This document shows positions 30,574-40,100 of a stretch of 64,000 bases of DNA, one piece after another (the stretch's first letter is position 1; every line of letters starts with the position of its first letter). The notes under the pieces were generated by a model, which ran no database searches, was not told where the DNA came from, and saw only the letters and a program-made list of their open reading frames with translations. Source of the DNA: Gammaproteobacteria bacterium (lineage in GTDB: Bacteria > Pseudomonadota > Gammaproteobacteria > Tethybacterales > Persebacteraceae); assembly GCA_965243565.1 (NCBI GenBank), contig OZ251571.1, positions 1,096,704 to 1,160,703 of the forward strand, written 5' to 3'. A program made the translations under genes and the position numbers.

Positions 30574-33500
30574 GCATTTTACCTCCGCTTGGGTCGTACA
30601 TATGTGGAGATACTACTTCTATTGCTTCTGGGCTTTGACCTTTACTACGAACGGGATCAGCAGCGACCAATGGCTTATCATTCCACGCATTATACCCACC
30701 ATTAATAAATCCTATCCCTATCCAATGCCCCAATGCCGGTGAATGTGTAACAGATGTTATATAGCCTACACCAAGCCCTTTTACATTGCCTTGTTCACAT
30801 AAGATTGCACCAGCATTAAATTTTTTACTTTTATCTTTGGGAAATATTCCAACTACTTGAGGGCGGTCGGCTTGTTTTAATTGCTCACGGTTGGCAAGTA
30901 CACTGCCCACATATGATTTTGTTGTTGATGCCATTTTACCAAAGCCAGCGTCGTCTATGGTCACACGCCCATCTAATTCTGCTCCTGTTACATGCCCTTT
31001 TTCAATACGTAGCGTTCCCAACGCCTCTAAACCGTACAAACAGCCATCAAGTTCCTTTGCTTTTTGCCATAAGGTATCAATTACTTCTTCGGCATGCGTC
31101 GAAGGGACATAGATTTCAAATGCGCGCTCACCCGAAAAACTAACACGCCCTATACGTCCTATGACTCCATTTTTTAAAGGAGTGTCGATATGCCCCATAA
31201 AGGGTAAGTTTTCGTCACTGATAACATCGGGATTTTCAAGGCAACTGGCAAGAACTTGACGCGATAATGGACCTGCAATGGCAGCGGCAGCCCATTGATC
31301 AGATACCGTGCTTAAATGGACTTTTAAGTCTGGCCAGCGAATTTGCACACATTCTTCAAGGAATGCCATAATCTTTGCAGCATTCGCCGTTGTCGTTGTC
31401 ATAAAATAATCGTTTTCTGCTAAACGCCACGTGGTACCATCATCCATCACCATGCCATCGTCACGCAACATAACGCCATAACGCAACTTGCCAACGGGTA
31501 ATTTAGCAAAATTATTAGAATATATTCGGTTAATTAAAGTGGTTGCATCGACACCTTGAATAGCAATCTTTCCCAAAGAAGTAACATCACAAATGCCAAC
31601 AGTTTTACGCACAGTTTCTGCCTCACGACAATAGGCAGTGGCAAAATCTTCGCCGTCTTTAGGGTAATACCACGGACGTTGCCAAAGCCCCGCCATAGTC
31701 ATCACCGCCCCTTGTTTTAAATTCCATTCGTGAAAAGCGGTACGCCGTAAAGTACGAAAATGACTACCGGTGTTTCTACCTGCCAAAGCACCTATGCTAA
31801 CAGAAGTATAAGGCGGGCGAAAAGTGGTTGTTCCGACCTGTCCAATGGTTTTACCGAGTTCGTTTGCCAAAATAGACAAACCTGTGACATTGCCCATTTT
31901 ACCTTGATCATTTGCCATGCCCAATGTGGTGTAGCGTTTTAAATGCTCTACCGAAACAAAACCTTCTTGTTTGGCTAGGCGAATATCTGATGCGGTAACA
32001 TCGTGTTGAAAATCGACAAATGCATTTTTTTTAGATGAGTCGATTTCAAACAATGGTTCAATGGGTGTAACCCAACCGCCTATGGTTGGAATATTATCAG
32101 GCACACTATCATCAGTGGTTATTGTGGGTGCTACATTGGCTTGTTTATTGATGTTTAAAACAGCTGCTTTTGCTACTTGCTTGCCGGAGGTAATACAGTC
32201 TTTAGACTGCCACAAGCCACACGCACTACCAGCAATATGCACATGATTTGGTAGTGATGAAGGTGCAATAAAGCATTGATTTTCGTTGTTCCATACTGGC
32301 TTTATGCCCAAATGCGATACCAAATTAACGACCGGTGACCAACCACCTGATACCAATAATAAATCGCATTCTGCAGTTTCGCCATACGAATACCAATTTT
32401 CATGGCTAGAATGGCGGCCGATAACACCAATCGATTTCACCATACGAAAGCCAGAAGTTGAACTAATCGATGTGTTGCCCTGAAAATGCACACCTGCATT
32501 TTTTGTGGTAGCGGCTAAATCTTGGGATATGCTTGGACGAATATCGAATATGGTAACTTCAGCACCAGCTACTTGAAGGTCAACTGCTGTTTGATATACC
32601 GAATCATTATTGGTTGTTATTATGATTTTATTGCCAGTTAATAGACCATGACGATTTAAATAATGACCGGCAGCATTCACCGTCATAACACCAGGCTTGT
32701 CATTATTGGTAAAGACCAAATTACGTTCTATGGCACCAGTTGCAATAATAATCTGTTTGGCACGCATTATCCAAAATCGTTCTCGAGGTTGGCTAACAGC
32801 AGGGTCAGCCAAATGATCTGTTAATTTTTCAAGCAAACCAACGCAAGCATGATCGTATAATCCAAAAGCAGTGGTACGCTTCATCATGCTGATGTTTAAA
32901 GTGCTTACTTCTTTTAACAAATTATTACGTAAAGACGTAAGTTTAGAATCACTCAGGCTATTTCCACCAAATTCAAAATCTTGCTCTACCAATACAACAT
33001 CAACACCAGAACGGGCAGCAGCAATAGCAGCCGATAAACCAGCTATCCCAGAGCCCACCACCAAGACATCGCAAAATGCATTACAATGTTCGTATGATGC
33101 AGGGTCAGGCTCGCGCGATGCTTTGCCCATACCAGCGGCACGACGAATTATCTGCTCATACCACATCCATATTTTAGTGCCTTTGCCATGCTCAAATGGC
33201 GGTAACCCCATAAACGTTTTGTAATAAAAACCAGCAGATAAAAAGCGACTGAATAAACTATTAATTTCGTTAATATCATAGCGAACATTGGGTATGGCAT
33301 TTTGCCCTTTGGCAACCAAACCTTGATAAATTTCTTGCGTGGTTGCACGCACATTGGGCGTTGTGTAAGCATCATTACCAATGGTTACCAAAGCTCCAGA
33401 TTCTTCAACACCTGCCGACATAACGCCTCGGGGGCGATGATATTTAAAACTCCTTGCAAGTACTTTTTCGTTGCAAGACAGTAAAGCCGATGCCAGTGTA

Positions 33501-33598
33501 TCCCCTTTAAAGCCAGACATTCGCTGTCCGTCCCAAGTAAAGGATAACGGTTTGGTTCTATCAATGATTCCACCTTCTTTTAATCGCGTTGCCGTCAC
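30566..33598 (-). CDS. soxA: Sarcosine oxidase family alpha subunit (copy 2)
   Basis: RSFKYHRPRG, GSGIAG, KRYTTLGMANDQGK and GcvT fold; GTG start. Confidence 0.95.
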   Translation of the reverse strand: MTATRLKEGGIIDRTKPLSFTWDGQRMSGFKGDTLASALLSCNEKVLARSFKYHRPRGVMSAGVEESGALVTIGNDAYTTPNVRATTQEIYQGLVAKGQNAIPNVRYDINEINSLFSRFLSAGFYYKTFMGLPPFEHGKGTKIWMWYEQIIRRAAGMGKASREPDPASYEHCNAFCDVLVVGSGIAGLSAAIAAARSGVDVVLVEQDFEFGGNSLSDSKLTSLRNNLLKEVSTLNISMMKRTTAFGLYDHACVGLLEKLTDHLADPAVSQPRERFWIMRAKQIIIATGAIERNLVFTNNDKPGVMTVNAAGHYLNRHGLLTGNKIIITTNNDSVYQTAVDLQVAGAEVTIFDIRPSISQDLAATTKNAGVHFQGNTSISSTSGFRMVKSIGVIGRHSSHENWYSYGETAECDLLLVSGGWSPVVNLVSHLGIKPVWNNENQCFIAPSSLPNHVHIAGSACGLWQSKDCITSGKQVAKAAVLNINKQANVAPTITTDDSVPDNIPTIGGWVTPIEPLFEIDSSKKNAFVDFQHDVTASDIRLAKQEGFVSVEHLKRYTTLGMANDQGKMGNVTGLSILANELGKTIGQVGTTTFRPPYTSVSIGALAGRNTGSHFRTLRRTAFHEWNLKQGAVMTMAGLWQRPWYYPKDGEDFATAYCREAETVRKTVGICDVTSLGKIAIQGVDATTLINRIYSNNFAKLPVGKLRYGVMLRDDGMVMDDGTTWRLAENDYFMTTTTANAAKIMAFLEECVQIRWPDLKVHLSTVSDQWAAAAIAGPLSRQVLASCLENPDVISDENLPFMGHIDTPLKNGVIGRIGRVSFSGERAFEIYVPSTHAEEVIDTLWQKAKELDGCLYGLEALGTLRIEKGHVTGAELDGRVTIDDAGFGKMASTTKSYVGSVLANREQLKQADRPQVVGIFPKDKSKKFNAGAILCEQGNVKGLGVGYITSVTHSPALGHWIGIGFINGGYNAWNDKPLVAADPVRSKGQSPEAIEVVSPHMYDPSGGKMRG

Positions 33599-35189
33599 TG
33601 TTTATCTTTTCTTATTTGGTCGTTAGTTTCATCATCAGCACCGTCAAATATAGAATGCTCTTGTGTAGAAATGGATGCCCATTCAGGCAGTCTTTCGCCT
33701 TCCGATCTTTCAGGTAATGTATTTAATTCTGGTTCACATTCATTGCTTGATTCAATTCCTACGGTACTTACTTCAAGGTCCGTATTATTTTCTGTAGATG
33801 ATGCAGATTCAGATGATTCAGGTTCGTTGGATATAGCCCATGCAGGAACTTTTTCCGTCTTGGGTTTTTCAATAACATCTCCTGCGGCTATCGCTTCTTC
33901 TATCGTTTCTTCAGTAAGTACAGAGCTAGATGGTGCAGACTCACTGTCAGCAACCCATGTTGGAATATGAGGATTCCCGCCCGCAGGCAATGGCTCTGCA
34001 ATAACATCTCCCGCAGCTATCGCTTCTTCTATCGTTTCTTTAGAAAGTACAGAGCTAGATGGTGCAGACTCACTGTCAGCAACCCATGTTGGAATATGAG
34101 GATTCCCGCCCGCAGTCCTAGGCTCTGCAATAACATCTCCCGCAGCTATCGCTTCTTCTATCGTTTCTTTAGAAAGTACAGAGCTAGATGGTGCAGACTC
34201 ACTGTCAGCAACCCATGTTGGAATATGAGGATTCCCGTCCGCAGTCCTAGGCTCTGCAATAACATCTCCCGCAGCTATCGCTTCTTCTATCGTTTCTTTA
34301 GAAAGTACAGAGCTAGATGGTGCAGACTCACTGTCAGCAACCCATGTTGGAATATGAGGATTCCCGTCCGCAGTCCTAGGCTCTGCAATAACATCTCCCG
34401 CAGCTATCGCTTCTTCTATCGTTTCTTTAGAAAGTACAGAGCTAGATGGTGCAGACTCACTGTCAGCAACCCATGTTGGAATATGAGGATTCCCGTCCGC
34501 AGTCCTAGGCTCTGCAATAACATCTCCCGCAGCTATCGCTTCTTCTATCGTTTCTTTAGAAAGTACAGAGCTAGATGGTGCAGACTCACTGTCAGCAACC
34601 CATGTGGAATATGAGGATTCCCGTCCGCGTGGCTCTGCAATAACATCTCCCGCGTGGCTTCTTCCGTCGCTTCTTCCGTGGCTTCTTCTGTGGCTTCTTC
34701 TGTGGCTTCTTCTGTTTCGGGTGATGGTTGCTTGCCTACATTGTCTATAACAGCAATTTCATCATTTTCTTCAGGATTATCCGTATCGCTGCTATTGTCT
34801 ATTGTATCGAGTACAAGTGTAACTTTAGCAGGAATATCGACAGCTGCTTGGAATGTCTCTACTGTTTCAATAGAGTTGATTGGTTTTGAATCTAATTGAT
34901 TGATTGTAAAGTTATTTTGTGCAAATACATCCAGTGCAGGATTGGCTGCTTTTACCGAAAAAATTTCATGCGTTAACGTATCGCGCTCAACCAATAACCA
35001 CAAGCGACAGCCATTGCTGTGATGCCATGTTTCAATTTGTCGACCGCAAATATTCTCACGTAAAAAAATCGCATCATGCCATTGATCAATGGTTGCATCT
35101 AATGCAGGATACGCTACTGTGCCATCCCCACCATACGAAAATTCGCTATGATCGCGCTCACCACAAAACGGACAATTTATTATTAACAT
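33595..35189 (-). CDS. soxD: Sarcosine oxidase family delta subunit (copy 2) with long acidic repeat tail, frameshifted in this sequence
   Basis: The N-terminal ~90 aa is SoxD (CPFCG, WHHSNGC). The repeat frame is stop-free from about 34750 to a TGA at 33595 that overlaps the soxA GTG start. Joining the two needs one net frameshift near 34600-34655. Confidence 0.72.
33871..34653 (-). repeat. 129-bp tandem repeat, about 6 copies (43-aa unit)
   Basis: GGAATATGAG recurs at 33962, 34091, 34220, 34349, 34478 and 34606. Unit: TADGNPHIPTWVADSESAPSSSVLSKETIEEAIAAGDVIAEPR. Confidence 0.97.
34653..34712 (-). repeat. 12-bp tandem repeat x5 (EEAT)5
   Basis: GAAGAAGC(C/G)AC(A/G) five times in the SoxD frame. 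Confidence 0.95.
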
Positions 35190-35192
35190 CGC

Positions 35193-36461
35193 TTATCCAT
35201 GTAGTTTTGGGTCTGGTCCCGCTCCCCGCTCGTCTAGCATAACGCCTTTTCTATATCTATCTAGAGTATGATTGGCAATAACATCATGTGGTCTATCGTT
35301 GGCAATTAAATCCGCAAAATACCAGCCAGAAGCCGGTGTGGCTTTAAAGCCACCGTAATTCCAGCCTGCATTTAAATACAAATTATCCAATGGTGTTTTG
35401 CAAATAAAAAATGAACCGTCCATCGACATATCCATAACACCAGACCAATGTCGCAATAAACGTATCCGCCCCAAACAAGGCAATATAGACATCGCGCATT
35501 CTGCAACGTCCTGTACTATTGGCAAAGCACCGCGCTGTGCGTAAGATTTATACCATTCTAAGTCACCACCAAAAACCATTCCACCCTTATCGGATTGAGA
35601 AATATAAAAGTGAGCACCCGCAACACCAAAGACCACGACATGATCCAAAAGTGGTTTAAGCGGTTCGCTAACAAAAGCCTGTAAACAATGGGTTTCTATT
35701 GGTAATTGTTGTAATCCTGCCATATTCCACAATTGCGTGGTATGCCCCGCCACTGCAAAACCAACTTTTGTGGCACCTATTTTGCCTCGATTGGTTTGTA
35801 CAGCGGTAATGTTTTGACCAGTACGCTCTACGCCGGTGACTTCGCAGTTTTGTATAATGTCCACACCCAATGAATCCGCCGCCCTTGCATATGCCCATGC
35901 CACTGCATCATGACGAGCCGTACCACCCCGCCGCTGAACAGCCGCACCGTAAATAGGAAAACGTGCATCAAGCGAATAATTAAGATGCGGAATGTTTTCT
36001 TTTAGTTCGTCCAATCCCCATAACTCGGCATCAGTATCGGTTAATGCCATCGTGTTATATCGTCGTGCCGCACCATTGACTGCGGTGGGAGTATGCAATA
36101 AAGAGACGTGGGCACGCTGGCTAAACATAACGTTGTAATTTAAATCGTGCGACATTTCTTCCCACAGTTTTAGAGAATGTTCGTAAAACTGACGATTGCC
36201 CTGTAAAAAATAATTAGATCTAACAATGGTGGTGTTTCTGCCAGCGTTACCGCCACCAATCCACGATTTTTCAAGAACCGCAACACTCTTTACTTGATGA
36301 TTCTTTTTTAAATAATAAGCCGTTGCAAGCCCATGTAAACCACCTCCCACAATAACAATGTCATAATGTTGTTGTGGCTCTGGATCTTTCCACTGACGGT
36401 CCCAACCCTTTTGATTATTAAGACCATTACGAAAAACCTGCCATGCATTGAACGTACCCAT
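35193..36461 (-). CDS. soxB: Sarcosine oxidase family beta subunit
   Basis: GGGLHGLATAYYL, GNAGRNTTIVRSNY, GTARHDAVAW and GGFKATP motifs. Confidence 0.96.
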   Translation of the reverse strand: MGTFNAWQVFRNGLNNQKGWDRQWKDPEPQQHYDIVIVGGGLHGLATAYYLKKNHQVKSVAVLEKSWIGGGNAGRNTTIVRSNYFLQGNRQFYEHSLKLWEEMSHDLNYNVMFSQRAHVSLLHTPTAVNGAARRYNTMALTDTDAELWGLDELKENIPHLNYSLDARFPIYGAAVQRRGGTARHDAVAWAYARAADSLGVDIIQNCEVTGVERTGQNITAVQTNRGKIGATKVGFAVAGHTTQLWNMAGLQQLPIETHCLQAFVSEPLKPLLDHVVVFGVAGAHFYISQSDKGGMVFGGDLEWYKSYAQRGALPIVQDVAECAMSILPCLGRIRLLRHWSGVMDMSMDGSFFICKTPLDNLYLNAGWNYGGFKATPASGWYFADLIANDRPHDVIANHTLDRYRKGVMLDERGAGPDPKLHG

Positions 36462-36633
36462 TACCTGAATTATATCGTTATTTTTGACATTACTGTTAGT
36501 AATTTATAAAATTCCTAGCATCCCATTGGTAAATATATACATGATAGTTCAAATTTATACCACTGACCAAACACCACAGGTTATTTTTTTTATGTTCTAG
36601 CATAACTGAGTTAAATAACGGATAATACAAGAT

Positions 36634-37551
36634 ATGCAAATGGTAAAACAAAAAATGTCCTTAGCCGAATGGGGATTAATCGTTTTGCTTTCAATTTTTT
36701 GGGGTGGTTCGTTTTTCTTTGTTGAAATTATTATTGAAACCATCAAACCACTTACGGCAGTTTTTTTGCGGGTTACTATTGCCGCTATTGCCCTTTGGAT
36801 GATGACATTAATAGCCAAAAGATGCATTCCCACTTCGTTATTGATATGGCGTGATTTTTTTATAATGGGACTTATTAATAACGTTATCCCTTTTTCGTTA
36901 ATTGTATGGGCACAAGTTTATATTAATTCTGGTTTGGCTTCTATTTATAATGCAACAACACCTATCTTTACGTTGGTAGTGGCAGGTTTGTTACTAGACG
37001 ATGAAAAAATTACAGGAACTAAAATTATTGCGCTTGTGTTGGGGCTTATAGGAGTGATTGTTTTAATAGACCCTTCATCGATAAAATTAATGGGCAATAC
37101 CAATTTATTGGCACAATTGGCGGTGCTAGTTGCTGCTGTTTCATACGCATTTGCCAGTGTGTTTGGCCGGCGGTTTCGCAAAATGCAATTACCACCTATG
37201 ACAGTGGCAGCAGGGCAAGTTACCGCTTCTTCTTTATGGATGCTGCCATTGGTATTATTGATAGACCCATTACCAGAAGCACAAGATTTTACTCTACCAG
37301 TGATTGCATCTATTTTGTGTCTCGCCTTAATTTCTACCGCATGGGCTTATATGATTTACTTTAAGGTATTATCATCAGCGGGGGCTACTAATTTAACCTT
37401 GGTAACGTTTCTTGTACCGATTTCTGCTATTTTAGCAGGCATTACTTTGTTGGATGAACATTTAACAAGCAGTCATATCGTGGGAATGGGGATTATTACA
37501 TTGGCATTGTTATGCATCGATGGGCGGATAATTGCCAGATTACGAAAATAA
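36634..37551 (+). CDS. DMT/EamA family transporter
   Basis: Two EamA halves, about 10 TM helices, INSGLASIYNATTP motif. Confidence 0.92.
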   Translation: MQMVKQKMSLAEWGLIVLLSIFWGGSFFFVEIIIETIKPLTAVFLRVTIAAIALWMMTLIAKRCIPTSLLIWRDFFIMGLINNVIPFSLIVWAQVYINSGLASIYNATTPIFTLVVAGLLLDDEKITGTKIIALVLGLIGVIVLIDPSSIKLMGNTNLLAQLAVLVAAVSYAFASVFGRRFRKMQLPPMTVAAGQVTASSLWMLPLVLLIDPLPEAQDFTLPVIASILCLALISTAWAYMIYFKVLSSAGATNLTLVTFLVPISAILAGITLLDEHLTSSHIVGMGIITLALLCIDGRIIARLRK

Positions 37552-37577
37552 GACTCCCGTATAGGGAGCCTTATTTT
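37545..37577. terminator. Bidirectional terminator between convergent genes
   Basis: AAAATAAG-A-CTCCC-GTATA-GGGAG-C-CTTATTTT hairpin. Confidence 0.7.
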
Positions 37578-37597
37578 CGTGTGATTTGTTGGATAAC

Positions 37598-38770
37598 TTA
37601 TGCCGAGCGATAAAGCTTAGTCATTACAAATTCACGGTGTCCCAGTGCTTCGGCAGCGGTAACGCGACCGTTCGCAGTGCGACGAATGGTGTCGATTAAT
37701 AAATCACCTGCTGCATCTAAGTTCATCTCGCGACGTAAAATCCCCGACACATCAACATCAACATGCTCACCCATCGTTCGTACAGTACGGGGGTTGCCTG
37801 TGATTTTAACAACGGGAACAATGGGGTTGCCAACTACATTGCCCTGTCCTGTGGGAAAGGTATGAATAACATAACCACCAGCTGCCATTAGAGTAATGCA
37901 TTCTGCTGCTGCCGATGAAGTATCCATAAAATACAAGCCTGGTCCTTTTTGTGGGGCTTCGGCGGGTGCTAATACATCAATATAATGTGTTTTTTTGCCG
38001 ATTTTTTCAAGATTACCCAACGCTTTTTCTTCGATGGTGGTTAGCCCGCCTTCGATATTGCCTTTGGTGGGTTGGCTATCGGATAAATCGGAGGTTTTAA
38101 AGGCTTCGATGACATCGTCTTGATACGCCTGAAATGTCTTCATGAATTTTTCGCTAGCAGTTTCATCAAAAGCGCGATTTTTGCATAAGTGCTCGGCACC
38201 CGTTAATTCGGAAGTTTCGCCAAATACGCCATAAACGCCTTGCGGTATTAACTTATCGTACATGTTACCAACGGTTGGGCACGATGCAAGTCCAGTGGTG
38301 GTATCGGATTCACCACATTTGGTCGAAATCCATAATTCGCAGAAGTCGCATTCTTCACGCTGTAGTTCACTGGCGTAGTGCATAAACTCTTTGGCTTGTC
38401 TGGAAGCGGTGGCAATGGTATTAATATCACCGTTTTGCTCAATCGAAAAAGAAGCAACAGGCTTGCCGGTTTTGGCTATGCCATCGGCGATTTTTTTTGT
38501 CCAACCTGGCTCGATACCAATGACGATAACAGCGGCAACATTGGGGTTGGCGCCAGTACCGATAATAGTGCGAAAATGCAATTCAAGATCTTCACCAAAT
38601 TGCAAACGTCCGTACGCATGAGGCAGTGCCATAGTGCCTTTAATATTATTGGCAACAGCTTCGCAAGCGGTATTAGAAATATCATCAACGGGCAATATAA
38701 CGACATGGTTTCTAACACCAACACGACCGTTATCGCGACGATACCCCATAAAAGTTTGATTGTTATTCAT
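37598..38770 (-). CDS. suyB: (2R)-sulfolactate sulfo-lyase beta subunit (UxaA family)
   Basis: [25 protein letters not shown] and FPTGQGN motifs; context with hpsN. Confidence 0.85.
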   Translation of the reverse strand: MNNNQTFMGYRRDNGRVGVRNHVVILPVDDISNTACEAVANNIKGTMALPHAYGRLQFGEDLELHFRTIIGTGANPNVAAVIVIGIEPGWTKKIADGIAKTGKPVASFSIEQNGDINTIATASRQAKEFMHYASELQREECDFCELWISTKCGESDTTTGLASCPTVGNMYDKLIPQGVYGVFGETSELTGAEHLCKNRAFDETASEKFMKTFQAYQDDVIEAFKTSDLSDSQPTKGNIEGGLTTIEEKALGNLEKIGKKTHYIDVLAPAEAPQKGPGLYFMDTSSAAAECITLMAAGGYVIHTFPTGQGNVVGNPIVPVVKITGNPRTVRTMGEHVDVDVSGILRREMNLDAAGDLLIDTIRRTANGRVTAAEALGHREFVMTKLYRSA

Positions 38771-38789
38771 TTTATAATTCCTTTTTTAT

Positions 38790-39083
38790 TCACCAACGTT
38801 TGGTTTTTAAATTATGAGTATGGACATGGTCTCCTAAATTGGCAGCAATCACCATTTTGCCGATGTCTTCACCATATTTTATGGCAGCATCACCTTCAGA
38901 AACTGCTTTAACGGCTATTTTATGTCCGATTGGAACATCGGCGTTTATTGTCAGCGACACTGTTTCATCTGTTTGCATTATCCAGCCGGTGAGTGATTGT
39001 CCACTGTTAATTCCTTCAACGACGATAACACCTACGGTATCACATGCTTCGTGCACTATAAAATCTATTATTGTATTATTCAT
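38790..39083 (-). CDS. suyA: (2R)-sulfolactate sulfo-lyase alpha subunit (SAF domain)
   Basis: VPIGHKIA...IKYGEDIG...GDHVHTHNLKTKRW SAF motif upstream of suyB. Confidence 0.85.
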   Translation of the reverse strand: MNNTIIDFIVHEACDTVGVIVVEGINSGQSLTGWIMQTDETVSLTINADVPIGHKIAVKAVSEGDAAIKYGEDIGKMVIAANLGDHVHTHNLKTKRW

Positions 39084-39104
39084 AAGTCCAGTTTTACTCT
39101 CCTT

Positions 39105-40100
39105 TTAATTAAATGGCTTTAGTATTATTTTAGCGGCGTTCACTCTGCCGTTTAATATGTCTTCAAATGCCTGATGTCCTTGGCTCAGTGGTCTTTCTTC
39201 TAGCCAATCCAAAGTGCCAAGTTGTTTGTTAAAGATGGCGTTTGCGGTTTCGGCAAAGTCTTGTTCGGTATAGGTATAAACGCCGATAAAAGTAATTTCT
39301 CTTAATGTCATATCGCGTACATCCAAACCATTGTTGTTATCACCCAAACCGATATGGACAATAACCCCACCACTACAAACTTTTTGACAGGCGGCTTGGC
39401 GTGATTTTTCAATGCCAACCGCATCGATTACAATGTCTATACAGCCGTTATCTATTTTATCAGCAGATGTCTGTACTTCAAAATCGCCCGCCCTATTTAT
39501 AGCAGCATGTCGGTTAACATTGGGTTCGATAATGCTAATACTTTTAGATCCTTGTGCTGCCAATACAACAGCGGCTCCAACCCCAATGGCACCCCCACCT
39601 AATATTAAACAATGACAATTTACCAATGGCTTTTTACTGGATGCAGTTGCCAGACGAACGCCATGCCAACCACAAGCAATGGGCTCTGCCAATGCAGCAT
39701 GGGTAAAAGAAATATCGTCTGGGATGGTGATTAAATTACGCTCTGGCATCGATAACCACTGAGCGAATGCACCTTCACGCGGCTGCATTGAAATAATTTG
39801 TCGATTAACGCATAAATTGCTACGCCCGCCGAAGCAGTTATTGCACTGCTGACATACCACCAAAGGATTAATAGTAACACGGCGACTTAGTACGTTGTTT
39901 TCATAAACGCTTCCAGCGGCTTCATGTCCTAAAATTAATGGCGGTTGCCGTCTTTCGTCATGCCCTAAATAAGCGTGCATGTCGGAGCCACAAATACCGA
40001 CTGATTCAATTTTTATTAATACCTCTCCTTCATTTTCAGGAGGATCTGCAACATCTTTTATAGTTAATACTTTATTGCCCTCGTAAACCAACGCTTTCAT
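39105..40100 (-). CDS. Zn-dependent alcohol dehydrogenase (HpsP-like by context)
   Basis: GICGSD, GHEAAG, four-Cys structural Zn site and GGGAIG. Confidence 0.85.
   Translation of the reverse strand: MKALVYEGNKVLTIKDVADPPENEGEVLIKIESVGICGSDMHAYLGHDERRQPPLILGHEAAGSVYENNVLSRRVTINPLVVCQQCNNCFGGRSNLCVNRQIISMQPREGAFAQWLSMPERNLITIPDDISFTHAALAEPIACGWHGVRLATASSKKPLVNCHCLILGGGAIGVGAAVVLAAQGSKSISIIEPNVNRHAAINRAGDFEVQTSADKIDNGCIDIVIDAVGIEKSRQAACQKVCSGGVIVHIGLGDNNNGLDVRDMTLREITFIGVYTYTEQDFAETANAIFNKQLGTLDWLEERPLSQGHQAFEDILNGRVNAAKIILKPFN

Noticed and set aside
33967-34614. 215-aa plus-strand ORF of RFFYRFFRKY repeats
   Set aside because: It is the antisense shadow of the acidic 43-aa repeat and lies opposite a coupled operon, with no RBS or context.
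33871-34653. Tandem array as a CRISPR
   Set aside because: The units are contiguous 129-bp near-identical copies with no unique spacers, and no cas genes are present.
36462-36633. Glycine or other riboswitch upstream of soxB (also SAM/FMN switches upstream of BHMT/ribE)
   Set aside because: No conserved riboswitch core motifs were recognised.
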